Shown piece by piece: positions 44,899 to 57,190 of a stretch of 64,000 nt of DNA; the stretch's first letter is position 1; every line of letters starts with the position of its first letter. The position numbers and the translations under genes were made by a program. The notes below the pieces were generated by a model. That model did not search any database. It was not told the origin of the DNA and saw only the letters and a list, made by a program, of their open reading frames with translations. The DNA comes from Perkinsus chesapeaki ATCC PRA-425. Taxonomy: Eukaryota; Protista; Perkinsozoa. Location of the stretch: contig JAAPAO010000140.1 in the NCBI GenBank assembly GCA_013115145.1, positions 1 to 64,000 on the forward strand, written 5' to 3'.

Positions 44899-47800
44899 TC
44901 AATCACAGTCGATGATCTCAATGTCTTCGCTGGATGGCGGATCATAATCCGACAGCGACACTGAATCGACTACATCACCAACAAGCATTTCGCTCGAGGA
45001 CAACGAGACGCCATCCTCGATAGCATCCACGTCGGTGAACGGATAGTCGCCGCTCGACGGCAAATCAAGGTCCTCTTCCAGGCATGGCTGCGCAAGGGGA
45101 ATCTCGTCCTGTGTGTGATCACTAATAATCTCGGCTTCGGACGACTGACTGCTCTGTAGCTCTGTTTTACCGCTGGAGGCCTTCCGCCCACTCAGCTGAC
45201 TCGGCGCGACTTCCCACGTTCCAGGGAGACGATTGTCAAGCTGACCCAGATTCCGCCGAGCCCTGAGCTCTTCGATAGGTGCATCGCATCGCACGAAGTA
45301 GTTATCACAATGGTAAGCATCCGTGCAACCTGCAGCCATCACAACAGAGCCTTCTGTGCAACTCGTACAGATCAGCCTAGCTGCACGAGATCTTGCCTCG
45401 GCCCCTCGTGCTGCGCTACTCCCAGCGAACGCCACCAGAGCCGGATCGCGGTCCAAGCATGTTTCGCAAACCCAACGAGTGCCTTGTCGACTGCCCAATC
45501 GATGATGGCATAGGAAGCACTCTGAACTCATGCTTTCTACAGCTGGCAGATCTTCGGTTAACCAAGCGGCCACACTCGGGAGGATCGGTGCGAGGATGCG
45601 CTGGACCGCCGGGAAGAACTGCTTCGTCAAGTAGTAGTCAGCATCGATAACAACATTCCTCGACCCAGCGATCCTGTACGGCGGTACCACTCTGTCCAGG
45701 AGCTTAGCGTTCGACCTGTCACCAGCTTTTCTTGCCACCACATAAGCCACACGTTCCTTGTAACCGGTGTCCAGTCCTTGTAGGGCGGCTACATGGGCCG
45801 CTGGAGGGAGATTCTTACTGCGATAATTAAGCCGTACTTGGTTTTGAAATATGAATTCAGTTTTGCTAATCTCACCGCTATAAAGCCGTCTGATGATCTC
45901 GCGCCCGGCTCGTCGGCCAGCCTCCAGATGAAGCGTCTCGTCTGCCGTAGGGTCCGTTCGGAACATAGCCTCGAGCACACTGTGCACAGACTTTGCCGTG
46001 AAGGGGCAGCTGTCTCGCCGGACTGTCTCGATGCCCTTGGCGAAGAACTCTGGTTTAGCTTTAGGATGCTCATATGCCCAACCGCAATATCTTTTCTTTG
46101 ACACCAAAATACATGGCATGCAGACTTTCTCAAGTTGCAGTTTGATCGGCCATGGGTTAACACTCGTCACACAGTCCGCCAATCTGCCTCCAAACTCGAA
46201 CGCAGCTTCCACAGACCCGCATGATTCACTCGGCGGCCTGCACCATGAGCTGTAATAAAAGACCGCAACGCTGTTGCTGTGAAACTCACCGTATGAACAT
46301 AGAATCGGTGTCCCCATACAAAACTGTGGCGCCCATGTCCTCAGCAATCGACATGGCCTGCTGCAAAGTCCGCCTGGCTGTCAAAACAATAGCATCAGCT
46401 AGCTCCGAGCATGGCATGCGGCCAGAGAATGACGCACCAGCGTAGCCATACCTGAACTCTATGTGAGGAAATGATCAACTATGTGCAGCATCGCTACGTC
46501 ACGTTAGCCAGCAACTTAAGCCCGAGTTGCCGGGCATCCATAATTCTATATAGTGCGGGAGAATCTTTTGAATTCACGCGTTTCATTGCACGCTTGACCA
46601 TAAACCTTGTCTGGAGGACCTGTGAGATACCATTCGACGAAGACCAAAAGATCCAGTCGACGAACCTCGTGGAGCATCCGGGGCAAGATGCCAACTCTAC
46701 ATGACGGCTGCACGAATACCACTCCATTCGCAGCAACAACAACATTATCATCCTGGAGAATCGATGACGATCGTTTAATCTACAAACAACAAATATGTCA
46801 TTCAACGATCCTACGTAGTAGTCGAAAGTTACCGTATGAGGTTTATCTCGCTGCGTGCCCAGTGGTACTGTCACATCCAGGTGTTCAACACGCCCCAGAC
46901 ATGTTGAGTAGCACATATTATAGGCAATTATAATGCTTGGATATAGACTCTGGAAGTCTAGAATTATAGTAGGCGTTCGGTAATAGCCAGATCTTGGCTC
47001 AAGGATCATAGGAGTTCCCTCCAACGCCGGTTGTGCTTTCACCTAAGCAAGTAGGCCTAAACACAGTTACCAGCCTAGGTCCCCTAGCTCCAGTTGCGCA
47101 TTCGAAAACAATCAGTTGTTCGCGGGGCTCACCTGCGCTTTGGATGATGTGACTAAGGCGAAACCGCTCCTAGTTGCCGCGCGATGGAGAATGCACTCAA
47201 CTCTATATTGGCTTCCTCGAGTCAGCACCTGAGTAGAAGATTCCTGCTCGGAAGATTGACGAACTCTACAACAGAGTTCACGAACGCCCCCTAAATTAAA
47301 CGAAATAAATAATTACCTCCTCGACATCCGGCATTCCTAATACGGATGACATCTCAGATGCTCGACTGAGAAGAGTACTGGCATCCAGCAGCTGCAAAGC
47401 GAGGAGGACCATCCGTGAGGTATATTTAAAGGCTTTGAGGCACAATGCTCTATCAGTCCACCAATCCTGCAGCAACCACATCGGGATATTCGGCAGCGTC
47501 AATCCGAGCAGCTGCCTTGCTGCACCATGCAAAGTCGTTGTTGACAACTTGAGCGAATCCTCCTGCCGCAAAGTCTGCCAAAGATCAAGCGTTATGCGGC
47601 CGAATAGGGTAGACGCTCCCATAGGCCCTGGAACAGGCGCGATGCAGACTCGATGGAATAGATACTCCGAGTTTGGAACGCGGAGGGATCGGGCCCGCTC
47701 AGCCGCATACACGATACCCTTCCGAGAGGCATCCCAGCTAACCACTACTGTGGGATCGAATTGACCAAAGACGTGGTCGAGGGCGAGGATGAGCTCGGAC

Positions 47801-49404
47801 TCACAGGAAGCGTGTTGCAGTGTGCAGTATGTATCAACCGCCATAATTTCATCTTCGTTCAGGAGGTCACCAATCGTACACACCCATTTCCGTTGCATAG
47901 GGGTTTGCCGTTGGTCTCTTAACACACATACAGCACCAACAATAGGGTGTATAGCAGCATCCCACCTGTTAACCCCACGTGGCACTTGAACCACCAACTC
48001 CAAATATAACAAGGTACAATAATCTACCGAGCTAGAGTCGCCTACAGCGCCGTTGGCATCAGGGGCACTCAGATATCTCGGGCTTATTGTAGGCCTCTCG
48101 CAGCATTCTTCAAGAACGGTCTCCAGCGAAGGCGGGTCCGGAAGGAACTCGTACAACTCATTCAGACGGGGCAACATCTCGGCCGCGCTCGTCTCAGCTT
48201 CTATGTTGGACGCCGGACACATCACTTCGAAACCAACATCACTCGCAGCCGACGAGCCCGAAGAGTTACTCTCCGCGTACTCGTTGACCAGCATCCCACT
48301 ATCAGCTGGTAGGTCAACTTGAGCATGACGGCTGGCCTCTGGGTAGGCTTTAATATCTTCTCCGACAGCCTCATCAGGAACTACTTCAAAAAAGTCCTCC
48401 AAAGCAGCCTTCTGGCTATGATGAGCACCTTGGGACCCGCTGGCCGCCTCCTGCTTTGCGACAGAGTCTCGCAAGGCCTCCAACCTTGAAGAGTTCTCCG
48501 AATGACAAGGCATGCTTTGTGGAGTAGGACGACCGGTTGCACGACCTTCGGGCACATAGGGGAACTCCTCACCTGCAGCCAGACATCTTTCATGTTCACC
48601 ACGCCATAATGTACGAAGCCTCTGACACATCATACTAGACGAACCACCAGACTGGGATGTGGACAGCGGGGAAGGTCTTGGATAGGAGACAGTATGATCC
48701 TGGCTATCTGGTTGAGAGGTCGAGAGCCGACCTCCAGTTGGAAAGATACCGTGAGCTTCTTCTGGGTTGTAGATACCACTACAGGGAGCGTCGATCTCCA
48801 GCGAGCATCTTGAATGTCGGTCACTTGGAGGCCTCACCGAACACGCATTGGCCTCGATCCGGATAGTTGCACCAGCAGCCAGACCACATTCGCTAACGAA
48901 CTGCAATGTGTACGGAATGTGAAGCTCAAATATCTTACCGTTTCTCCCGTATCTTGCACACAAAGATTTATACGCATGCGCAAGCTTGTAAGATTCGCTT
49001 GGATTCGCGTAGCGCACTTCGAAGATTTCTTGCTCAACCTCGTGATACCCGTAGATGTCCGTGCGCCGCACCCGCCTCACATCAACCACGCTGGCTGCGT
49101 TCTGGTTCCCTAAGTTCATCAACCGGTCCAGACCGTCACCAAGCTGCCTTTCAGTAAAGTTGTCCGGGAAGCCTTCGGAGTCTAGCAGGACCTTCGGATG
49201 ATACCCATGAACATGTACGCAGCACTGCACTCGACTGACTGCCTCACCCGCGACCACATGCCCATACAGTCGAATCACAGGGCAAACCACCGAGCGCTTT
49301 CCGGTGATGCCCGACACGCTCGCGTCCCCCAGACCGGAGTGAGGCTCGGCCAAGTACCAATCGAGGTGGTAGAGTTTCATAACAAATGAGTTGGAGGAGG
49401 CCAT
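44899..49404 (-). CDS. REV3: DNA polymerase zeta catalytic subunit (family B), multi-exon
   Basis: PVIRLYG...VHVHGY, VLTRGSQYRVE, LEPRSGYY...ILDFQSLYPS, KLLANVTYGY, YGDTDS, KKRY, KGIETVRRD, C-terminal CysA and CysB clusters. Confidence 0.95.
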
Positions 49405-49563
49405 GACAACATCTTACGGCAATTTAATATATCAACTACTCGACAATTGACAACTGTACGCAAACCAATACATCTTCTTCCAACACCAATTTGATAAATC
49501 TCAAAGCATGAGGTGGTGCCCCGCCCTATCAGGCGGTCCCGATTAATTTGCAGTCAATGACTC

Positions 49564-51330
49564 TCACTTCGTCGGCATGGCAGCAGCAGCACGGTTGCGT
49601 GGCACGAAATCGAATGTATGGAGTTTCCTGAACCAAAGAATACCAGCATGATCTAATCTTAAGGAGTCCTCATCACTGGAATTGTCCTCTTCGATCAATC
49701 TCCCCCCACCCAGACATCCACTCCCCCGTTTCCTTCCTCGGCAGGCTATACTTGGTCCTAAGCCCTCGTCCCATCCATGAGGTGCAGTCCGATTCCGAAG
49801 CCACTGCTTCCTTAACATCAGCTTTTCGCCGCAAAGTCTTCGTTGAGTAACTATCAGTAGATGTCACATCCAACCAACAAGAGCAAGTATTCACAGAATG
49901 CCACTCAGTGAAATATAAACGATAATTTGTGACGGCAATATTAACCGGGAACATGTTCCTCGGGCGAAAGTATGCCACGGTTTCCCCAGTGGCCCTCCCC
50001 TCCCCCCTCCCACCCTACCTCGCAGGTATAGCCTTCTTAGCGGCGAATCTTCCACGGCTCGGAGCTGACAACATATGCAGCAAGTGGGCAACGTTACCAT
50101 CTGTCTGGAGGTTGGAGGATGACCGTGGGTCTGTCGGAAAGATACCTGCATCATCGACAAGCTCATATATTGCCCGACTGGGAGGATGAGTGGGCGAACC
50201 GGATGAAGTCTTAAGATATGAAGTAAATTATGGATGGAGCTGGGCGACAACTGGACTGCCATTTCGAAGCGTTAAAAGTGGAATCGATTTGATTCGGATG
50301 TATGATACGCGCAACAGCGGGGAATACAGGGTATTTGGCATGCAGTACTGAAAGTATAGAAGGCCAATGGTATAATAGAAAAGCATATCCTCTAGAGGGT
50401 GGAAATTAACACATCGCTTCAAGAGCTGGATGACGACTTCGAAGGTCAAAGCCTTCAAGCCATACACACACTAACAACACTTCTCAGATACCAAACTTCC
50501 AGCAGTGTGTTGAATAAAAGACCATCGCTCCCTCCTCGTCCTCCTTCGCCCTTCTAGTACCCATCCCACGGTCTCCTTCACTCTGCCGTGGCCTCTCTAT
50601 TTGCATCCTCTTGCGACTTCCTCTTAGACCGTGATTGCCGTTGGTGGGCGAAAAAAGGTCTGTACTACTCGACGTAAAGTGCCTCCGACTGGACCTGCCG
50701 AAAACAGCGATACCAAGGATCGAACCCGTGCTCAGTTGAATGAAGGTGTAACAGTAAAACCGCTACGCCAAGCAGCCGCCTCGATCCTCACCCGAAGTTC
50801 AGTCCATCAGCCTTTCTTTCAACACCAGGACTCAGAGAGCCCATAGCCAATTGACTAGGCAACACAGACTTCCGATGCTTCGGTCCTTCCGAGTCGATCG
50901 AGCCCCCCAAACCTCCCTCGTCAGCTGTCATCAACCTCGATCGATTATCCTGCCCATGCAACCCAGCAGATGAACCAGCAAACCCATTATATCACCTGCC
51001 GGCTCTGGCCGCTTTTATCAGCTCTTTTTGAATCTACAAGGGAGAGTCTAAGTCCACCGACCGTCCCAGTCAGGTAACCTTCGTTCTCCCGCGAATGCAT
51101 GCTGCCCAAGGCGAATGAGCTGGATAAATCAGGCCTCATCTTTGCGGTGGCCTCCTCCCCACCACACACACTTCCCTAAAGCTTCCAACTGTTATTGCCT
51201 ATCCAGTATAACATTACAGAGTGTTGAAGGCCAGCGAGCGTCATTGGACTTGTCCTCAATTCTGTGTAGTACCGCTGGGCCATGTCAAAGAGGATGAAAC
51301 AAGCCTTTCAAAAAGTACTGTCGAATGCAG
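49564..51330 (-). CDS. hypothetical multi-exon gene
   Basis: Several exon-like open segments with splice signals; no family recognised; boundaries uncertain. Confidence 0.25.
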
Positions 51331-51629
51331 TTATCACGTTATGGCCATGGATGGGCCATCCACACCTCTCAAGACGTTTTAAGAAATCAAGAGAAGGCTC
51401 GAGGACGTGCATGAAAGATACTAAATAGCTCACCTCTTTGACATGAGATATACCTATTACCAACGTACCTTGCGTGGGTTAAAAAGGAGATGTATTGATA
51501 GAAACCTCAATTATAATAAGCCGACCTGGCTAGGATGGTGACACAATTCGCCTAATTGCATGTAATGCATGAAAAACTTGTTTCCATCGGGCATGACACC
51601 GTGACGTCATTAGTTTACCGCGTTGAATC

Positions 51630-52660
51630 ATGACTGACTCAATCGTAGAAAAGGACACTAGAATGGATGGACATGGACGACACTCGACCAATGAGATTTG
51701 TGGCGCGCAAGAAACTATTGCCTATACCGCTGACGGCAATCAGAACCTGTTCATTGACGAAGACCGAGCTCCACGTGTTGGGATAATGGAATCTTCTTCA
51801 AGTGAGCTGGTGCATGCATCAACCTAAGATTCTCCTCTTTGCAGACGACGGGGATCAAGGTGACGTAAGTGGTGGTTCTCTGCGGAAAAACGAACCCATG
51901 GTGAAAAAATTACTATGTCGTCACGCGAGGTTGAAGCAGGTCATTGACTGCCACCGAAGATACCATGCTGCCGATTCTCGGGACCACCGACATGGAGACC
52001 TCAATGCCGCCGACAGGTCCTCGTGTGATTCTATCATGGACGGGGTGCTGAAGGAGTATTATAACAGCAGAACCGCTGCAAGTACGTCCGCATTTAGAGT
52101 GACCAAAATCACTTTCCTTCAGCCAACCGAGCAGGCACCACCAAGTCCCTGCAGCGGTATTGGAGGTCTGATGGTAAGATACTCTCCAGGCGTTCCTCCA
52201 ATACTTTTCAGAAACTTCCTCTCCGCGCGGAGCTACACCCTTCTTCCGTGGGAAATTCCGCCGCAAAAGCCGAACGTTGAAGTTAAATGACAAAGGAGCG
52301 CCGCTCCTGCCTTCAACAGGACGGTCTTGGACAGGACTGAGGCACAACAGCGCCGGTGGTGGACCGCCCAGACGAATCCACGAGCTTCCTGGAGTGTTAC
52401 CGACACCAATAGGAGGAGGAAGAATCTTCCCGGACACTGATGATGAAATTGATGCGGCTGAATACCGAGGGAGCCGGATGGTAAGTGGGGTGGTGTTATT
52501 AGTAGTCACATACACAACGCTTAGGGCAAAGGCTGTTGCTGTTGAAATCGCCGTTGGAGCTCCTAAACTTCATATCGAAATATCTCTATATTGTCTGAAT
52601 CCATCATTACTGATTGGCGATAGTGCTTTATCATCGCTAACAGGCTCAAATGCAAAATGA
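51630..52660 (+). CDS. hypothetical protein (spliced)
   Basis: Overlapping open segments 51630-51827, 51802-52290 and 52277-52660, with GTGAG/GTAAG donors. Confidence 0.3.
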
Positions 52661-53905
52661 ATATGAACTATTAGTTATTATATCACTTTAATGAGTATTA
52701 ATAAAATATCTACTAACATCATCTCTAGAGATAGTCTAACCATGACCACCGGAGACCATATCATCGTAGAGTACGTCCTATTAGGTGCATGATGTTCAGC
52801 AGTTGCCTAACCCTCCACCACAGACCAACCCGCCCCTTGGACCATTCTCCTCGGGCATCTTGCTCCCGATGGCACAACCAAGCATCTGCGACAGGGTGGG
52901 TATACCAGTGGTAATTTCGTGGCGCAGTGACTTTTAGGTTACAGTGGACGTCGCTTTGTTTATGCATCTCGTTGATTCATACGCTCTCTCAGGCGACAGT
53001 ATGAAAAGGATGCGTCTCTGCAGTTTGGTAGCAGTTTGGTACCCTCCTCATGACCGCGCGCCACGTAATTCCCTCAGATGCAGTTCATGATAGCAGGTTT
53101 TCGGCCAAGGGAAAATGAAATTAATGACGATTGTCAAGTGCTTCGGTGCATCCCGTTTGGATCGTAAGTTCAATCAGCCCTCCTCCCCTAAAAGGTCCAA
53201 CTCACCTGCTTGTTGCTTGTTGCAGGTTCACGTACAATCTCCATTTACCATGGGCAAGCGATCTAGATTTTGTTGTAAGCTCCGTTACTACTTTTATATA
53301 ATCTACATTTTGTATAATAATAAATAATTGCCGTGGCGTGCGGTGGGGGACGGTGCTTCACACGTCCGTATTACCATCGTGTGAATTGTACCTTACGCTC
53401 ATTAAACCAATTCTGAATGGCCGTGCAAACGTATTGTGCAGCAGCTTCGATTGATACCCTCTGTGTCCAGAAATTTTCCCACTAAAAGTACCCTCAGGGC
53501 GTGGGCCCATTTTTGCAGCATCTGACTTCGTATATTTATCGTTGATTTACCGTGGCGTGCTTCTGCTGTCTCAGTTACTGCCAGCGTCAGCTCAATACGC
53601 AGACCTTCTCTCTCCGGGCGCCACCGCCATGTCGGCTCGTACGGAGTCGGTCGGCCCTGTTGTTGTTGGGGGTGAAACCTCCGAGGTGATAAAGTATTAT
53701 TAGTTTTCCTATTTCTGTTTTAGGCACCAGAAAGTGACGGGAACCGTGGCATTGATAACGTGAAGAAGGCCGAACTATGCGCGGCATTGTTGGGGGAGAT
53801 ATCAGACTATCTCGCCCGGACTCTACCATCAGGTAACCAAACTTGGCTTGCTTAACTCGCTCGTCGGACTATTAAATTGCTCCTTCGTTACTGACTTGTT
53901 CCGTC

Positions 53906-56131
53906 TTGTACACTTTTCGTTTGGCCCCATATGCCCAAGTGCAGCTTAAGGGACACACGCACGAATTCTTCATCGGAAACTACTTACTTCCCATTGTATC
54001 CGAAACCCATCGGAAACCGTTGTTCATTTTCAAAAGGCATTTTAATCAACAATCTGATGAGTTTTGGTTAACGTCCCAGTGCCCCTCACAGGAACAATAA
54101 CCTCCCAGCCAACAGTGATATCCTCCTCGAGGATTCCTTTAATAACAGTGTCATGTCGCGAGTTCATCATGGACAGCTTCGATCGGCAGTGGTGAGCAGA
54201 CCTGGAACGGCCCGATCGATGACTAAAGACTTCAGGTGTTCCTCCTGTTCTCTCGGCTCGGAGTCCTTGTGTCCGATGCATGCTCCAGTGCAGCTTCAGA
54301 TATCTTTATCGGGGCCACGCCACACAGGTGAGGTGTTATTCAGAAAATAAGCACATTCGGAATTCTTTCGGGTGCGATTTTGGTGGATGTTTTCTACAAG
54401 GGAAAGTTTGTGGGGAAGATTCATCTGCCTTTTTCATCACCTTATATCGGTATTAATAGTTAACCCTTGCAACATTAAAGCTCTATAGTTAATATTTACT
54501 TTACCTTCCTTCTATCACACCAAGTGGCATGTAGCGCTCGCGCTTTTATCGTGATGAAGACACCAAAGCAGTAACGAGGTTGAGGGCCATCGAATCGGTT
54601 AGCACTACTTAGTAACCCAGATTGTCAACTTTCCATTCCTCAAGTGTCATAGTTTTATCACCAACTTATTGCATCTGTCCGATCTGTCGCATTGATATGT
54701 CAGTAGCCTTTACTTGCCTTGGCTCCCTAAGTTGGTATCTTCACCAAATTAACTCTGCCTGCTGAGTTATTATTCCTGGATGACAGCTGCTGTATTAATA
54801 TATTACTTGCCATTGGCGCAAGTTCGATAGTTGCCTGTGGTAACCCCGTCAAAGTGGCATTTAGTATCATGCTGGCATGTCTGCAGTTGTCTTGTAGAAG
54901 GGGGGATTTTCGAACATAGTTGAAGATACTTTATTCATGACGTGATGGTTACGAGGAGGTTAAATAATAATGATAATAAAACTGATCTCCGTTATAGTAT
55001 ATTATTACACATTCTGTAGTATATCTTTTTCAGGCCTTGAGACATCCGCCTATATCGCCCTCATGAGCCAGCATTTCGAGTGTCTCCGGCCGCTGGTTTT
55101 GATGGTAAAGCACGTCCTGCTCTGTGATGGTTTGGTATCGACATACAACGGAGGTGTCAGCAGCTACACTTTGGTAAGCAACACCACGTACGGACCTCGG
55201 TGATATGCTAGTTGGGCAGCAGGTCCTCATGACTGTATCATTTTTAAATCAATTTTACTCCAACGATTGCTGGATCGGGGTGCCTCTCGGTCAACTACTT
55301 CTCGGTTTTCTTGGTTGGTATGGCGGTGACAACGATAATGATAAAGATGAGGTTGGTGTTGTTGGATGCTGCTGCAGTGGTGGTGGTGACGAAGATACCC
55401 TCCTTTATAACGGAGACAGAGTGTCTCTAGTGTTCCCCGACGGTAAGTCATTTTATACATAATAATGCGTATCCTACAGCAATCTATATCAGTATCGCCG
55501 GTTGAGTTCTCGGTAGCACTATGAAGATTCGCAAGCGCAGCTCCAAGCTGTCAGTTTGTATGACTACTCAGCCTTGTGGCATGGACGCCTTATAATTCTA
55601 TATGTGCTTATTGCTAGCTTTATCAACGTTCCCCAGGGGGAGATTTTTAAAACATCATGTCTCCGCCAGACTGTCAGAAATATGCACCTCTATACGTATT
55701 GATTTAATAGTATTGTTTATCTACCTTAATCCATCTCACAGTACTCCACTGCTATTGTCGTTATTATTCATGCGGAAGCGAATACGTATTTTGCGGACCT
55801 CGGCGATGGCGGTGTTATTATTTCACACATTTCAGGTTCAACATTCACATCGTTTGATGCGAGTCGGTTGATTATCCGACCGTTGAGTTCTTCTTCGTCC
55901 GGTGACTCGGTCAACTTCGAGCTTCGGTCAGAAAATGATCCTTCAATAAATTTGTTTAAAATGGATATGTTGGTTATCCTGGATCCTCTCTCCCCGCTCG
56001 GTGAGTGTAGCGGCGGAGAGTGTATCATCACCACCACGAAGTTGGTCCAAGAATCTATCGCACTCGCTGGAATATCTTTTATCCGTTTTAGTGTATACCA
56101 GTACTCTGTAGTTGAAATAATTCGTAATTAA
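53906..56131 (+). CDS. Trf4/PAPD5-like non-canonical nucleotidyltransferase, divergent (multi-exon; ends uncertain)
   Basis: Spliced reading SSSRIPLI...QW/CSSC...CPMHAPVQLQISLSGPRHTG/LETSAYI...LRPLVLMVKHVL...YNGGVSSYTL/VLM...LGQLLLGFLGWYG...LVILDPLSP; introns 54192-54235 and 54328-55033. Confidence 0.7.
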
Positions 56132-57190
56132 GAGTTAATCAATATATTATACTATTATAAAACCGTCTTTTCTTCATTATGTAGCTCTTTATATTGAATT
56201 ATCATTATTATGTATAAAACGTTCATTATTCACCTTCGCGTGCTTCCTTGTATTCGGCTCCTTTATTACTGAGTGTTCCCCACAGTACTGTTCTATAATA
56301 TACAGTCTTCGTTGTTCTCCCGAGGAGAACTTGTCTCTCAGGAGAAACCCTGAATCTCGGCCGATCGGCGTGGCGTTGGCCATCAGTCACCGCAGCGCTT
56401 CGCTCCGCTAGAAAAAGTCTGCTTTCTGGCAACTGGTGGGGCCAAAAGTGAGCAGGAGACATTTTGTGGCGCAGTGACTCGACCCTTCAGATACGGTATG
56501 TCTATCCCAACAGTGTGGGTTGCAGCCAAGCGTGCCGGTCATGGGAGCGTTTCGGAGCCCCTGGTCGGCGCTGATAGTAATGGCTCCGCAACAGGCACCA
56601 CGCGGAGCTCCGAGCTCGAAGGCGGCAACGGTATGCATGCTGGTGGAAATAGATCCGATGACGATACGACAATGAAGAGTGTGCAGTCGGTTACCGAGGT
56701 AAAGTTGCATATTCCTCCCACGTCATGTTTTACGTCATCATTTCAGGCCGGCTCTTGACGGTGGCTGTGATATTAGCGAATAGTTCCTAAGTGTATCATT
56801 TGTGTAATTGTCTCCTACTATATGTCACATTTGCCCCCGCCATTCCTCAGCACTAGTCTCGTAATGTAACATAACATTATCATCATCAAATGAAATCGTG
56901 AATTGTCACACTTGACCACCATATGGTTTTCTTATATATATTTTATAATAATTACTATGGCGTCCCTGCCGGTCTTGATTCACTTCCTGGCCCGTTGGAT
57001 TCCGTCCGACCACTGTCGTCGAAATAGTCATTACGTCATGACACTTCTCTTCTGAGATTAGTAATCGTTGCTGCAGTTTTTCATCCAATCTCGGAGAGTA
57101 GTACTCCTACGTAGCATCTTCAGCAATGTTGCGTTGGCAGTCTCACCATACACCATTTCGGCAGAAGCTTCTCATTGGCTCCTCACTTGA

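Noticed and set aside
46984-47003. TAGCC-AG-ATCTTGGCTCAAG, close to the Perkinsus/dinoflagellate spliced leader (ACCGTAGCCATCTTGGCTCAAG)
   Set aside because: It is the antisense of the conserved REV3 coding motif LEPRSGYY, has a 2-nt insertion and shows no SL RNA context; coincidence
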